Counted from the first letter of the stretch, positions 29,694 through 39,962 are shown. The stretch is 64,000 bases of DNA from a candidate division Zixibacteria bacterium RBG-1 (GCA_000447245.1 AUYT01000001.1:40825-104824), one strand, 5' to 3'. The notes: generated by a model not told the origin, from the letters alone. Numbers and translations are program-made.

Positions 29694-30821
29694 ATGCCCT
29701 TACAAGAAACCATCCTTAAATTAGCCCAGATTAATCCGACCACCACCCCTTTTTTCAGCATCTATCTTAATACTTTAAAACCCCGAGGCAAGAAATCCAG
29801 CGGGGAGGTTTTTTTGCGAAAGATGATTTTACAGTTTGAAAATTTTCATTCCGAGTATGGATATGACGCTTCCTCGGTCAAGAAAGAAAAAGCTTTTTTA
29901 GAGAAAACCTTAAATGAGCTTACTTTTTCCCAGGCGGCCGGCTATGCTGTTTTTGTCAACAGCAGCCAGCATATTTATGAAACCCGGCAGCTCCCTTACT
30001 CTCCTGCCGATCAGTTTTTTTGCCAGCTGACCGCCAATCTCTATCCTTTGGTGAGGTTACAGCATGATTTGGAAAATTATGTGGCTGTAGTTTTGGATAC
30101 CCGCCAAGCCAAGATTTTCACCATCGGTTTAGGGAAAATCGTAGAGACCAAAATCCTGGAAAAAGAAGAGTTTGTAGATGTCCGTCTCAAAGAAAAGCTG
30201 GGGCGCTATAAAGTTTATAAGAACAAATTGGAAAGAAAACTTGACCTGTATATAGAAAATTTTGTGGAAGAAGTGCTCAAAGATGTAAAGCAGAAAGTCT
30301 CTGACCAAGCGGGTTTTTCTTTTTTTGCCGGGGATGAAGTGATTCTACCAGTAGTTGATAAAAAACTTTCCGGCCTCAAAAATTTTGAACATGGTTTTTT
30401 AAAAATTGATATCAAGACCCCTGCTCCTGAAGTTTTGTCTAAATCCTTAGCCGGCTTCAAGAAAAGCAAAAAGCAAAAACGGACCCAAATCTTACAAGAG
30501 TTTTTGGAACATTTGGGTTCCGGCAGAAAAATAATCTCCGGTTTTGAAAAAGCGTTTGAAAATTTCAAAAATGACAATATCCTGACTTTGATAGTGGGCT
30601 TAGCCCCCGGCTACGAAATCTGTTTTTGCCCTTTTTGCTGGTATTGGGAAAAAACCATCAAGTTAAAAACCTGCCCCAATTGTAATCTGCCTTTGGAAGT
30701 GGTGGATTACAGACACAAGCTGGTAAATTTAGCTTACCGATTCGGGGTAAAATTTCATTTTGTGGAAGAAAAGCCGGAATTTAAGAAAAAAGAAGGTGTG
30801 GGGGCTTATCTCAAAAGATAG
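29694..30821 (+). CDS. aeRF1/Pelota-like (bacterial 'baeRF1'-type) protein with a C-terminal zinc ribbon; no GGQ
   Basis: N-terminal FFSIYLNT; central YVAVVLDTRQAKIF strand; C-terminal G..KIISGFEKAFENFKNDNILTLIV. These resemble the three-domain eRF1/Pelota layout from memory. CPFCWYWEK...CPNCNLPL is a 4-Cys ribbon. There is no obvious RBS. Confidence 0.4.
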   Translation: MPLQETILKLAQINPTTTPFFSIYLNTLKPRGKKSSGEVFLRKMILQFENFHSEYGYDASSVKKEKAFLEKTLNELTFSQAAGYAVFVNSSQHIYETRQLPYSPADQFFCQLTANLYPLVRLQHDLENYVAVVLDTRQAKIFTIGLGKIVETKILEKEEFVDVRLKEKLGRYKVYKNKLERKLDLYIENFVEEVLKDVKQKVSDQAGFSFFAGDEVILPVVDKKLSGLKNFEHGFLKIDIKTPAPEVLSKSLAGFKKSKKQKRTQILQEFLEHLGSGRKIISGFEKAFENFKNDNILTLIVGLAPGYEICFCPFCWYWEKTIKLKTCPNCNLPLEVVDYRHKLVNLAYRFGVKFHFVEEKPEFKKKEGVGAYLKR

Positions 30822-30869
30822 TGCAGGGACTAAAGGTATGGAGATTTCCCAAAACTTGTGGTTGAGTTT

Positions 30870-32033
30870 TTAATTAACTTCTGGTTTCTTTAATAACAAT
30901 TTCTTTAAAATCGGGGGTGTCATCACGGTGGTAACCACCACCATAAATATTACCACTGCATATAAATCCGCTTCGATAGCTTGAGAACTTAGACCCACCG
31001 CGGCAATGATCATCCCCACTTCTCCTCGGGGAACCATTCCTACCCCTATGGTGACTGCTGACTTAAACCCCATTTTTAGAGCAGCTAATCCGCAGCCGAT
31101 TAATTTTCCTAAAACTGCAAAGAGCGTAATCAACAGGGCGGCCAGCCAGATATCCGACTGGGTGAAAACCGATAAATCCACTTTGGTACCCAGCATTACA
31201 AAAAAGAAGGGGACTAAAAAATCGAATAATGATTCAGTTTTGCTGGCTAATTCGAATTTGGAATTGAATTCGGATAAAACCATGCCGGCCATAAAAGCCC
31301 CTACTATAGCGGCGATTTCTAAGTAGCTGGCTAAAGCCGAAAGGCCCAGACAAATTACAATAGCTGAAGCAAAAACTGCGTTCCGGACTCTTAGATTGGC
31401 TACTTTGGGAACAATAAATTTTCGGGTTAGCTTGGGACCTATTAAAATCAAAAACAAAACAAAGCCAATGGCTTCTAGAAGAACCAAACCGATTTTTAGA
31501 TAGGAAACCGTTCCTTGTCCGGCTCCGGTAACGACTGCCAAAACTATCATTCCTAAAATATCATCTATGACTGCGGCACCCAGGATGACTCTGGCAATTT
31601 CTGTATCTATTACTTTTAGATCGGCTAAAACCCGGGCGGTTATTCCCACACTGGTGGCGACCATGGCCGCCCCGATGAACATTGCTTCGATGGTGCTATG
31701 GTCTACGATTAAGGTGTACAGATAGCCAAAAATAAAGGGGAAAATCACTCCCAAAGTGGCTACCAGCAAAGCCCTTTTGCCTACTTTTAAAATTTCATCT
31801 ATTCCGGTTTGCAATCCTACTGTGAAAAGCAAAATTATTACCCCGATTTCAGCTAAAACATCATAGATTTGGGCTGGCTCAATTATATTTAATACATAGG
31901 GGCCAATGATTATTCCGGCTAAAATTTCACCGATGACGGCCGGCTGATGCAGTTGCTCAAAGATTTCCCCCATTATTTTGGCGGAAAGAAAAATCAGAAA
32001 TAAACCGAATAGAATTTGAGTTATTCCATCCAT
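30870..32033 (-). CDS. Cation:proton antiporter (CPA2 / Na+-H+ exchanger family)
   Basis: About 12-TM protein with typical LSAKIMGEIFEQLHQPAVIGEILAGIIIGP N-terminus and PRGEVG motif. Confidence 0.85.
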   Translation of the reverse strand: MDGITQILFGLFLIFLSAKIMGEIFEQLHQPAVIGEILAGIIIGPYVLNIIEPAQIYDVLAEIGVIILLFTVGLQTGIDEILKVGKRALLVATLGVIFPFIFGYLYTLIVDHSTIEAMFIGAAMVATSVGITARVLADLKVIDTEIARVILGAAVIDDILGMIVLAVVTGAGQGTVSYLKIGLVLLEAIGFVLFLILIGPKLTRKFIVPKVANLRVRNAVFASAIVICLGLSALASYLEIAAIVGAFMAGMVLSEFNSKFELASKTESLFDFLVPFFFVMLGTKVDLSVFTQSDIWLAALLITLFAVLGKLIGCGLAALKMGFKSAVTIGVGMVPRGEVGMIIAAVGLSSQAIEADLYAVVIFMVVVTTVMTPPILKKLLLKKPEVN

Positions 32034-32114
32034 GCTAAAACTAATTTAGCGGGGAAGTAAAACTAAGTCAATAAAATTTGCTTTGATGTTCTAAAGACGA
32101 GGAGTTAGAAGTTT

Positions 32115-33777
32115 CTAATTTCCAATACAGCAGTCGTCATAAGGTATTGGTGGAATTCCAGTTTTGAATAGATAATTTATGAGATAGACTACATCTGAAA
32201 GTTTTATCTTGCGGTCAAAATTGGGGTCATAGGCACACTTAGAGGTTGTCAAAGTATCTCCTCGGAAAAGATAATCTATGATTTGTATGATATCTGAAAA
32301 GCCTACCACTGTATCTCCGCTGGCGTCTCCGGGTTTGGCATTGCAGATATCGCTGTCGTGGTAGTTGTTGGTTCGGCGGTTGTTATGTCCGTAGGTGCCC
32401 CACTGGACCGAGCTGGCATCGTATTGGACTCCTAAATTATAAAGATACACATAAGCATAAAACTCCGCTGGATATCCTACCCCCTGTATGGTCACAATTA
32501 AGACACTCAAAGAATCACTTTTATCTACATCTCCTACGGCTGGAGCCAGAAGCCAAGGGTCCCCAATGAGCCTAATTGGATAGCCGGCTAACAAACTGCC
32601 ATTTAAAGAATAGGCGAAGACCTCCGTGCCTGAGATAGAATTCCCTGACCTTACCAATAAAATATCTATTGAATCATTATTATCTAAATCCACCAAAATC
32701 GGCTGATGGTCAAATTGGTAGTTCACTTCTAAGGGCCAGCCCGGATAAAACTCACCGTTGGGTTTTAGGATATTTATATACCCCCAAGAGTAAAGCACTA
32801 TTTCCAGCTCACCATCTTTATCTAAATCCCCGGCTACAGGTCCAGACCAAGGAGCATATATCAGTTGTTTAGGCCATCCCGAAAGCAGCTCTCCTTTCCA
32901 GTTAAACACCTCCACTGCCCCAGTTATCCGAGGCCAATCGTCTGGGTTACCGGCACCTCGGACAGCTATTATCTCCAAATTTCCATCTTTATTTAAATCC
33001 GCCAAAAGCGGAGAGCAACGATCCATATATTGAGTATATACTGTATCCACAGGCGCTTTAGGCCATCCCTCTACCAATTCCCCGGTATAACGCCAGGCCC
33101 AAGCAGAATCAAAAGCCAAAGCCACAACCTCTTTATAGCCATCTCCGTCTATATCTCCTACGGCTGGACAACCTCTTATAAATCCAGGGTGAATGGGATC
33201 AGTTTTTATTGTCTTGGGCCAGCCGGGGAGAAAAGTTCCATCAAGTTTATAAACATATATATCCTTCCCCCAAACCTCCTGGAAAATAATTTCTTTATTT
33301 CCATCATTATCCAAATCAGCCGGGACCGGCGGAGAAGCCGACTGTGCAGGAGTCCAGACAGGAAAATTAGTCCAGCTATTTCCCTTTTCGTCAATTATAT
33401 CTAATAACCCCTCTCGGGTAATGTTCACAATTTCATTTTTTTCCATCCCCATCTAAGTCAGCCGCCGAAGTTCCTCCATAAGGAAAGGGAGTTTCTTGCT
33501 TCGGAAAACCGCTCAAACTACTCCCCTGATAATCCCAAACATGCAAATATCCATCTCCTAAATGTAAAACAATTTCCAATCCGGGAATTGTATCTATTTC
33601 TGCTAAGGTATTGCTGAAATAGGGAAGCATAAAATTAGGATAACGACCTATGACCAGCGGGAAATTAGGGTACAAAACTGGCGGTGCAGAAAGAACAATA
33701 CCGATATTCAGCAAAATCAATAAAAAAATTAAAACAATGAATTTAACTTCTTTCAAAATCTCAAACATGGTATTCAT
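32115..33777 (-). pseudogene. Secreted FG-GAP/VCBS-repeat protein with a C-terminal double dockerin-like module, split by a +1-nt frameshift in an A7 run
   Basis: ORFs 33433..33777 (signal peptide ... SAADLDGDGKK*) and 32115..33452 overlap by 20 nt. Removing one A from the coding-strand A7 run (33436-33442) gives the continuous DLDGDGKNEIVN. C-terminus ...GDASGDTVVGFSDIIQIIDYLF...DPNFDRKIKLSDVVYLINYLFKTGIPPIPYDDCCIGN. Confidence 0.75.
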
Positions 33778-33797
33778 ACCTGTTCAAATGTTTTAAA

Positions 33798-33828
33798 ATT
33801 CGGGGAGGGTTTCAAGCCCTCCCCGAAT
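33798..33828 (-). terminator. Hairpin terminator downstream of 33838..34266
   Basis: 12-bp stem attcggggaggg / ccctccccgaat with a 7-nt loop, followed on the minus strand by TTTTAAAA. Confidence 0.6.
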
Positions 33829-33837
33829 GCCTCGCGA

Positions 33838-34266
33838 CTACGGGTGGTCGCAAGTAACCGCTGTGAAGTGCTGTTGGTATACCGTGGTTCCCGGATGCCA
33901 ATACACCGAATCTCTAGATTCGGGAGAAACTCCGCCAGTGTGGGCAAGGTCTGGGAAGAGTTTATAATATCCGGTTTGATTATCTATATCGTCGGGGGTG
34001 ACTAACCACTTATAACCGGCACCAAAGTGCGTCACCTCTCCATAGGTGACATAAGCTAGTCCTCCTGCGGTCCACTTGTAGACAAGTACGCGGTCACCCA
34101 CGCCATACTCGCAGTCGATTCCGTCATAGAAGATACTACCTGTTATAGCTTCATCCCCGCCACCAGCGGAATCTTGGGCTTGAATCACTGGCTGAGCAAT
34201 AAAATAACCTATTAAGCCAACAGTGACAAAACCTATTAAGAATAATAAAAATGTTTTCTTTCTCAT
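33838..34266 (-). CDS. Small secreted hypothetical protein
   Basis: Signal peptide MRKKTFLLFLIGFVTVGLIGYFIAQPVIQA. GGAAGGAG RBS. No recognisable family. Confidence 0.6.
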   Translation of the reverse strand: MRKKTFLLFLIGFVTVGLIGYFIAQPVIQAQDSAGGGDEAITGSIFYDGIDCEYGVGDRVLVYKWTAGGLAYVTYGEVTHFGAGYKWLVTPDDIDNQTGYYKLFPDLAHTGGVSPESRDSVYWHPGTTVYQQHFTAVTCDHP

Positions 34267-34405
34267 TTTAATTCTCCTTCCATGAGATTAAAATTTTAGA
34301 GTTTAATTTTTTAAATCAGCGTTAGCAGATAAATAAAAAGCCCAGCTTCTATCCGCCTTTACTTACTGGCGGGCAAAAGCCGGGCTTCGACTAAATCAGC
34401 TAACC

Positions 34406-34420
34406 TATATATATATATAT
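34406..34420. repeat. (TA)7 dinucleotide microsatellite in an intergenic region
   Basis: tatatatatatatat read directly, upstream of 33838..34266 and downstream of 34496..34960. Confidence 0.9.
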
Positions 34421-34495
34421 CATTTACACCTCGTGGAATTTCTACACTAAATTTACGTCATCTTTTTCAAATGTCAAGTCTTAATTACAATTATT

Positions 34496-34960
34496 TCAAA
34501 TCTCCCAATAAAAACCACCTTTGAAATCCTTATCCTTTATTTTCACCCAATACAATATTTCATATTTCCCCTTTTCCGCTAATTTGAAATAATGACAGAA
34601 ATGATTGGTCATATACATGGTAGTCTTAATCTGGTCTTCTTTCTTAGGGGTAATCACTTTTACTTTAACCGTAGCATCTGTGATTTCTTTGCCGGTCTTC
34701 TCATCTTTAATAGTCACCGCAAAATGATGAGTCATGCTTTTATCCATACTCAGCATGGCCTCTTCCCCTTGGGCTAACTCTTTATCCGTCTTTTTCGTTT
34801 TATCCAAAAAATCCTTATTGGGTAATATTTCAAAAGCGAGTTTGTAGCCGTCTATGGCAATTTCTTTGATTCTCGCAGGCAACTTCTTCTCTTCTGCGGC
34901 ACAACCGAGAATGCTTAAGCTAAATAGAATCGCTAAACTAAAATGCAAAAAAGTTTTCAT
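34496..34960 (-). CDS. Lipoprotein, hypothetical (possibly YtkA/FixH-like Ig-fold), last gene of the metal-efflux cluster
   Basis: Lipobox LSILGC. His/Met-containing beta-rich body (MTHHFAVTIKDEKTGKEITDATVKVKV...MYMTNHFCHYF). GAGGAG RBS 15 nt after the stop of the upstream YHS gene. Confidence 0.6.
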   Translation of the reverse strand: MKTFLHFSLAILFSLSILGCAAEEKKLPARIKEIAIDGYKLAFEILPNKDFLDKTKKTDKELAQGEEAMLSMDKSMTHHFAVTIKDEKTGKEITDATVKVKVITPKKEDQIKTTMYMTNHFCHYFKLAEKGKYEILYWVKIKDKDFKGGFYWEI

Positions 34961-34974
34961 AAGTACTCCTCTTA

Positions 34975-35136
34975 TTAAAATTCTTCCTCTTTCTCTTCAA
35001 TAAAATCTGGGGGGGATTGCTCGAATTCTTCTTTACATGTTTTGGAACAGAAATAAAAGATTTTCCCTTTATAAATGTAAGTTTCCTGAGCTTGGCCGTG
35101 TTTTACTTCCATACCGCACACCGGGTCAGTCGGCAT
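34975..35136 (-). CDS. YHS-domain (TRASH-type) small metal-binding protein, 53 aa
   Basis: Below the ORF-track size cutoff. Manual translation: MPTDPVCGMEVKHGQAQETYIYKGKIFYFCSKTCKEEFEQSPPDFIEEKEEEF, with the canonical DPVCGM...YYFCS..C motif. AAGGAGG RBS. Confidence 0.8.
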   Translation of the reverse strand: MPTDPVCGMEVKHGQAQETYIYKGKIFYFCSKTCKEEFEQSPPDFIEEKEEEF

Positions 35137-35183
35137 TTTGTCCTCCTTTTCGCCAAAAGCGGATTCTCCTTAAGCGGAGATTT

Positions 35184-35375
35184 TTAACGTGAGCCTTTTT
35201 CATCTTTAGGGATTTTAAGTTTGCGCACGTCTTCCCAGTAATATTTTTTAGGGTTTTTTTCGAACTCTTTTTGACACTTATCCGAACAAAAGAAATAAAA
35301 TTTCCTCTGGTACAAAATTTTATGACTGTTTTCTTCTTTATTTATTTTTTTATGACAGACTGGGTCAAAATACAT
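35184..35375 (-). CDS. YHS-domain-like small protein, 63 aa
   Basis: MYFDPVCHKKINKEENSHKILYQRKFYFFCSDKCQKEFEKNPKKY. Start moved to the ATG at 35375 because the upstream part of the track ORF overlaps the 3' end of cusA. Confidence 0.75.
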   Translation of the reverse strand: MYFDPVCHKKINKEENSHKILYQRKFYFFCSDKCQKEFEKNPKKYYWEDVRKLKIPKDEKGSR

Positions 35376-35386
35376 ATAATTAATTT

Positions 35387-38300
35387 CTAATGTAAAGTAA
35401 TCCCGGAAATTTTCAAAGTCCCTCTCTTCAAGGCTCTTTCTTTCATTATGCCAAAAATAGCCGGTGTTACAATTAATACGTGAATAGCCGAGGTAATCAC
35501 GCCTCCAATCATAGGAGCGGTTATGGGCTTCATTACATCCGAACCGGTTCCGGTTGACCACATAATTGGTATTAAACCTATTAAAGTTGTTCCAACTGTC
35601 ATTAGCTTAGGCCTTAACCTTAAAACCGCTCCTTCTAAGATAGCCTCGTATAATTCTTTTTTTCCTACTGGTCCAGCTCTCAATTTTCTATCTAAGGCTT
35701 CGTGCAAATAAACCACCATTACTACTCCGGTTTCAACTGCAATTCCAAACAGGGCTATAAATCCTACCCAGACTGCTACAGAAAAATTATAACCTAAAAG
35801 ATACTGCAAAAGAACTCCTCCCACCAAAGCAAAAGGGACCGATAACATAATGATTAAAGACTCCCAGAAATCTTTAAAGGTAAAATAAAGTAAAATAAAG
35901 ATTATAGCAATCACCATCGGAACTAAGAGTTGCAATCTTTTCTTGGCTCGAATCTGATTTTCATATTGCCCTGACCAGGTAACATAATATCCCGAAGGTA
36001 AATCCAGCTCTTTTTCTAATTTGGCCTTGGCTTCGTCTACAAATCCTCCGATGTCTCTTCCTACTACGTTTAAAAACACCACCGAACGTAATAAACTATT
36101 CTCAGAGAAAATTGAAGGAGGTCCAGGAGTTATTTTTATATCCGTTAATTGTTCTAAAGGAATTTGAGCTCCGGAGGGAGTGGGAACTAAAACCCTTTTT
36201 AAAGCCTCTAGATTATCTCGATATTCTCTTAAATATCTAATTCGAATTGGGAACCTTTGACGACCTTCAACCGTATTGGTTAAATTCATTCCTCCTACTG
36301 CGGTCTCAATTATATCTTGTACCTCTCCCACATTAATTCCATAGCGTGCCGCCTGCTCTCTTTTGATAGCTATATCAATATATTTTCCACCGACCACTCT
36401 TTCGGAAACAACTCCGGTTGCCCCCCGAACATCTTTTAAGATTTTTTCAGCTTGGAGCGATAAATCATTCAGAACTTTTAAGTCTGAACCTAAAACCTTT
36501 ACTCCTATATCCGTTCTTACTCCGGTGGAAAGCATGTTGATGCGGTTGATAATTGGCATGGTCCAAGCATTTCTCACCCCTGGGATTTTTAACAGGTTGT
36601 CCAGTTCGTGAATAATTTTTTCTCTGGTCATCCCTTCCCGCCACTGGTGCTTGGGCTTTAGCAGTACAATGGTTTCAATCATTGAAATCGGAGCCGGGTC
36701 AGTGGCGGTTTCGGCTCTGCCCACTTTTCCTAAGACCTCTGCTACTTCTGGAAAACTTTTAATGATTTTATCCTGGACTTGTAAAATTCTTTTGGCTTCA
36801 GTAATATTTACATTAGGTAGAGTAATTGGCATAAATAAAAGTGACCCCTCATCCAAAGGAGGCATAAATTCTTTTCCAATCCGACCAGCTAAAAAAATGG
36901 TAAAAATTAAAATTAATCCATTCACTATCAGGGTTCGGACTTTGTATTTTAAAGCCAATTTTATAATCGGTTGGTAAATTTTAATGAAAAATCTGGAGAG
37001 TGGATTTTTTTCTTCTGGTCGTAATTTTCCCTTGAGTAAGAAAGTTATCAAAACCGGAATTAATGTTATAGCAATGATAGCCGCTCCTGACATAACCGAA
37101 GTTTTGGTAAAAGCTAAAGGTCGAAAAAGTTTTCCCTCCTGTCCCTGAAGTAAGAAAACTGGCAAGAAAGATATAATCAGTATCAATAAAGAAAAGAAAA
37201 TCGGTCTACCCACCTGTTGACAGGCTTTTAAAACCACCGGGGTAATATCTTTAAGTTTTTCTTTTGATTCGCTTAAATGCCTGTAAGCGTTTTCCACCAT
37301 TATAATGGTGGCATCCACTAAAACTCCTATGGCAATCGCGATTCCACCTAAGGACATAATATTAGAGGTGATTTTCAAATAATACATAGCGATAAAACCG
37401 ATTAAGACTGCCACCGGTATCGAAATTATGGCCGCTAAAGAAGCTTTAAAGTGAAACAGAAATATAAAAATTACCACACTTACAATTACACTGATTTCAA
37501 TTAAATTCTCTTTTAAAGTGGCAATCGATTTTTCAATTAACTCTGCCCTATCATAAGCGGTTTTGATTTCAACCCCGGGAGGTAAACCTTTCTCTAGCTC
37601 TTTTATTTTGGCTTTAACCCGGTCAATGACTGCTTTGGCATTTTCCAAATACCGCATAACCACAATCCCACCCACCACTTCTCCATCCCCATTCTTATCT
37701 AAAAGCCCCCTTCTAATATCTGAACCCAATTGTACAATCCCTAAATTTCTGACATAAATCGGCACCCCATTTTTATCTACTCCCACTACTATATTTTCAA
37801 TATCTTGAGTAGATCTTATATAACCTAAACCTCTGACCACATATTCCATATCCGAAGCTTCAATTAATTTTCCTCCCACATCATTGTTACTTCTTTCCAC
37901 CGCCATTTTTACTTGCGAAACTGGAATCTTATAAGCCAAAAGCTTGTTGGGATCCAAATCGATTTGGTATTGTTTGACAAAACCACCGATGGAGGCTACC
38001 TCCACCACGCCTGGAACAGAATTTAACTGATAGCGGATGTACCAATCTTGAATAGCTCTCAGTTCTCCTAAATCATAATCTTCTCCTTCCACTGTGTACC
38101 AGAAGACATGCCCTACCCCTGTCCCATCTGGTCCCAAAGTAGGTCTAACACCCATGGGGAGTAACCCTTGGGCATAACTCAATCTTTCCAAAACCCGGGT
38201 TCGAGCCCAGTACAGGTCAATTTTATCTTCAAAAATGACATAGATCATAGAGTAGCCGAAAGCCGATTCTGCTCTGACCACTCTTATGCCTGGCAGACCT

Positions 38301-38521
38301 TGCAAATTGGCAGCCAAAGGATAAGTTATTTGGTCCTCGATAGTCTGGGGAGACCTTCCGGGCCATTCGGTGAAAACAATCACTTGATTGTCAGATAAAT
38401 CCGGAATAGCATCTAAGGGAGTATGCAGTAAAGCCCAAATTCCCCATCCAACTACAACAATAAAAAGGAGAAGAATGATAAATTTGTTAGCAACCGATTT
38501 TTCAATTATTTTTTCAATCAT
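35387..38521 (-). CDS. cusA: CusA/CzcA-family heavy-metal efflux RND pump
   Basis: 1044-aa 12-TM RND protein. Its N-terminus IEKIIEKSVANKFIILLLFIVVVGWGIWA and overall pattern are typical of the HME-RND family. Flanked by adaptor and TolC-like genes. Confidence 0.92.
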   Translation of the reverse strand: MIEKIIEKSVANKFIILLLFIVVVGWGIWALLHTPLDAIPDLSDNQVIVFTEWPGRSPQTIEDQITYPLAANLQGLPGIRVVRAESAFGYSMIYVIFEDKIDLYWARTRVLERLSYAQGLLPMGVRPTLGPDGTGVGHVFWYTVEGEDYDLGELRAIQDWYIRYQLNSVPGVVEVASIGGFVKQYQIDLDPNKLLAYKIPVSQVKMAVERSNNDVGGKLIEASDMEYVVRGLGYIRSTQDIENIVVGVDKNGVPIYVRNLGIVQLGSDIRRGLLDKNGDGEVVGGIVVMRYLENAKAVIDRVKAKIKELEKGLPPGVEIKTAYDRAELIEKSIATLKENLIEISVIVSVVIFIFLFHFKASLAAIISIPVAVLIGFIAMYYLKITSNIMSLGGIAIAIGVLVDATIIMVENAYRHLSESKEKLKDITPVVLKACQQVGRPIFFSLLILIISFLPVFLLQGQEGKLFRPLAFTKTSVMSGAAIIAITLIPVLITFLLKGKLRPEEKNPLSRFFIKIYQPIIKLALKYKVRTLIVNGLILIFTIFLAGRIGKEFMPPLDEGSLLFMPITLPNVNITEAKRILQVQDKIIKSFPEVAEVLGKVGRAETATDPAPISMIETIVLLKPKHQWREGMTREKIIHELDNLLKIPGVRNAWTMPIINRINMLSTGVRTDIGVKVLGSDLKVLNDLSLQAEKILKDVRGATGVVSERVVGGKYIDIAIKREQAARYGINVGEVQDIIETAVGGMNLTNTVEGRQRFPIRIRYLREYRDNLEALKRVLVPTPSGAQIPLEQLTDIKITPGPPSIFSENSLLRSVVFLNVVGRDIGGFVDEAKAKLEKELDLPSGYYVTWSGQYENQIRAKKRLQLLVPMVIAIIFILLYFTFKDFWESLIIMLSVPFALVGGVLLQYLLGYNFSVAVWVGFIALFGIAVETGVVMVVYLHEALDRKLRAGPVGKKELYEAILEGAVLRLRPKLMTVGTTLIGLIPIMWSTGTGSDVMKPITAPMIGGVITSAIHVLIVTPAIFGIMKERALKRGTLKISGITLH

Positions 38522-38532
38522 TTTTTTAAAAT

Positions 38533-39918
38533 TTAATGCTGGTGCTCTTCTTGTTTTTTATCTTTTTCCAAAGACTCTATAGTTAGATCTTCCATATTCA
38601 TTTCCTCTTCGCTGGCAATAGGAGTTTCCATCTCAGACATGGCTGCTCCACCCAACATCAACTGACTTTCTGAATCCAAAAGGAATCCGGCCTTGCTAAC
38701 CACTTTCTCTCCTTCTTTTAATCCCTCTAAGATGGAATGGTAATCTGCTGATTTGATTCCGGTTTTAACCTCTCGGGGCTGAAAAACTCCCGCTTCAACC
38801 TGGACCCAGACTATTTCTTTTTTACCGGTGCTTAAAACTGCCGTGGCCGGGACTACCAGGCTCTTTCCGGAGGCAACTTTTATCTTGGCATTCACATACA
38901 TTTCCGGCTTGAGCTTTTCTGCCGAATTGTGGAACTCAGCTCTTATGCTTAAAGTTCTGGTCAAAGGATTTAGAGTGGGAGCAATGAAGTTAATTTTTCC
39001 GAAAAAAACTTCTCCCGGATAGGCCTGGGTGGTCACTTCCACTTTTTGTCCCAATTTCACAAAGGAGATTTCATATTCATAGATATCGGCGTACATCCAG
39101 ACCACTGCTAAATCATCAATCTGGAAAAAATCCTGCCCCTCTGATACATACTGCCCTTCCACTATCTCCTTTTTGGTTATGATCCCACCGATGGGAGCAA
39201 AAATTGTCATAGTGGTTTGAACTTTTTTGCTGGTCTCTATATTCAAAATCTGCTCTTCGGTAATCCCCCACAACAAAAGTTTGTTTTTGGTGGATTCTAC
39301 TAAACTTTGGGTAAGCGCAATCTGATCTGTTGAGGAAGAAGATTTTGTTTTCTCAAAATTCTCTAGGGCTAATATGTATTCCTGTTGAGTGGTGACCAAA
39401 TCCGGGCTGTAAATCTCCAGCAAAGGTTCTCCTTTTTTTACTTTTTCACCAGTAAAGTTCACATGCAGTTTTTCCACTCTTCCACTGAAACGGGCCGCTA
39501 TATGGGCTTGTCTGGTCTCGTTGTAATCGATTTTACCGACCGTGTTTATTTCTCTTTCCAGGGACTTATATTCAACGGTGCTGACACCTACATTGGCTAA
39601 AATCATCTCTGACGGAGATAGGCGGACTTCATTGATTCCTTTGCCGGATAAAAACGGAACTTCCGACCTTTTCTTTTTGATTAACTCCATGCCGCAAAAT
39701 TTGGATACTCCCGGGGTTTCTGATGCTTCCGGATATCCCATAGGACAGACATACACATACTCGCTGGCCTCCGCGGAAGCAGATTTTTTGGAAGCAAACC
39801 AATCTTTCGGCAGAAGGAAAAACCACCCGATGGCTAACACCAGTCCGATTATTAACAGATAAAATGCTAGGGTCCCCCATCTTTTTCTCTTTTGATTTTC
39901 AAATTGTGTTTCAGTCAT
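38533..39918 (-). CDS. cusB: RND efflux periplasmic adaptor (CusB-like) with an N-terminal CPM heavy-metal-binding motif
   Basis: YVCPMGYPEASETPGVSKFCGMELIKK metal-binding segment, then barrel-sandwich/beta-barrel adaptor motifs. Start set at the ATG at 39918 with an AGGAGG RBS. Confidence 0.85.
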   Translation of the reverse strand: MTETQFENQKRKRWGTLAFYLLIIGLVLAIGWFFLLPKDWFASKKSASAEASEYVYVCPMGYPEASETPGVSKFCGMELIKKKRSEVPFLSGKGINEVRLSPSEMILANVGVSTVEYKSLEREINTVGKIDYNETRQAHIAARFSGRVEKLHVNFTGEKVKKGEPLLEIYSPDLVTTQQEYILALENFEKTKSSSSTDQIALTQSLVESTKNKLLLWGITEEQILNIETSKKVQTTMTIFAPIGGIITKKEIVEGQYVSEGQDFFQIDDLAVVWMYADIYEYEISFVKLGQKVEVTTQAYPGEVFFGKINFIAPTLNPLTRTLSIRAEFHNSAEKLKPEMYVNAKIKVASGKSLVVPATAVLSTGKKEIVWVQVEAGVFQPREVKTGIKSADYHSILEGLKEGEKVVSKAGFLLDSESQLMLGGAAMSEMETPIASEEEMNMEDLTIESLEKDKKQEEHQH

Positions 39919-39962
39919 AAATCCTCCTGTAAAACAAAAAGGTAGTGGGGGCACTGTTCCCC

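Noticed and set aside
33433-33435. TGA at the end of ORF 33433..33777 as a selenocysteine codon (because selD shows Sec decoding)
   Set aside because: Read-through in the same frame hits another stop after about 13 codons. The downstream homologous sequence is in a different frame, so a 1-nt indel in the A7 run is the simpler explanation.
35376-35561. 5' extension of the second YHS ORF
   Set aside because: It overlaps the cusA C-terminus. The YHS motif (DPVC) begins 3 residues after the internal ATG at 35375.
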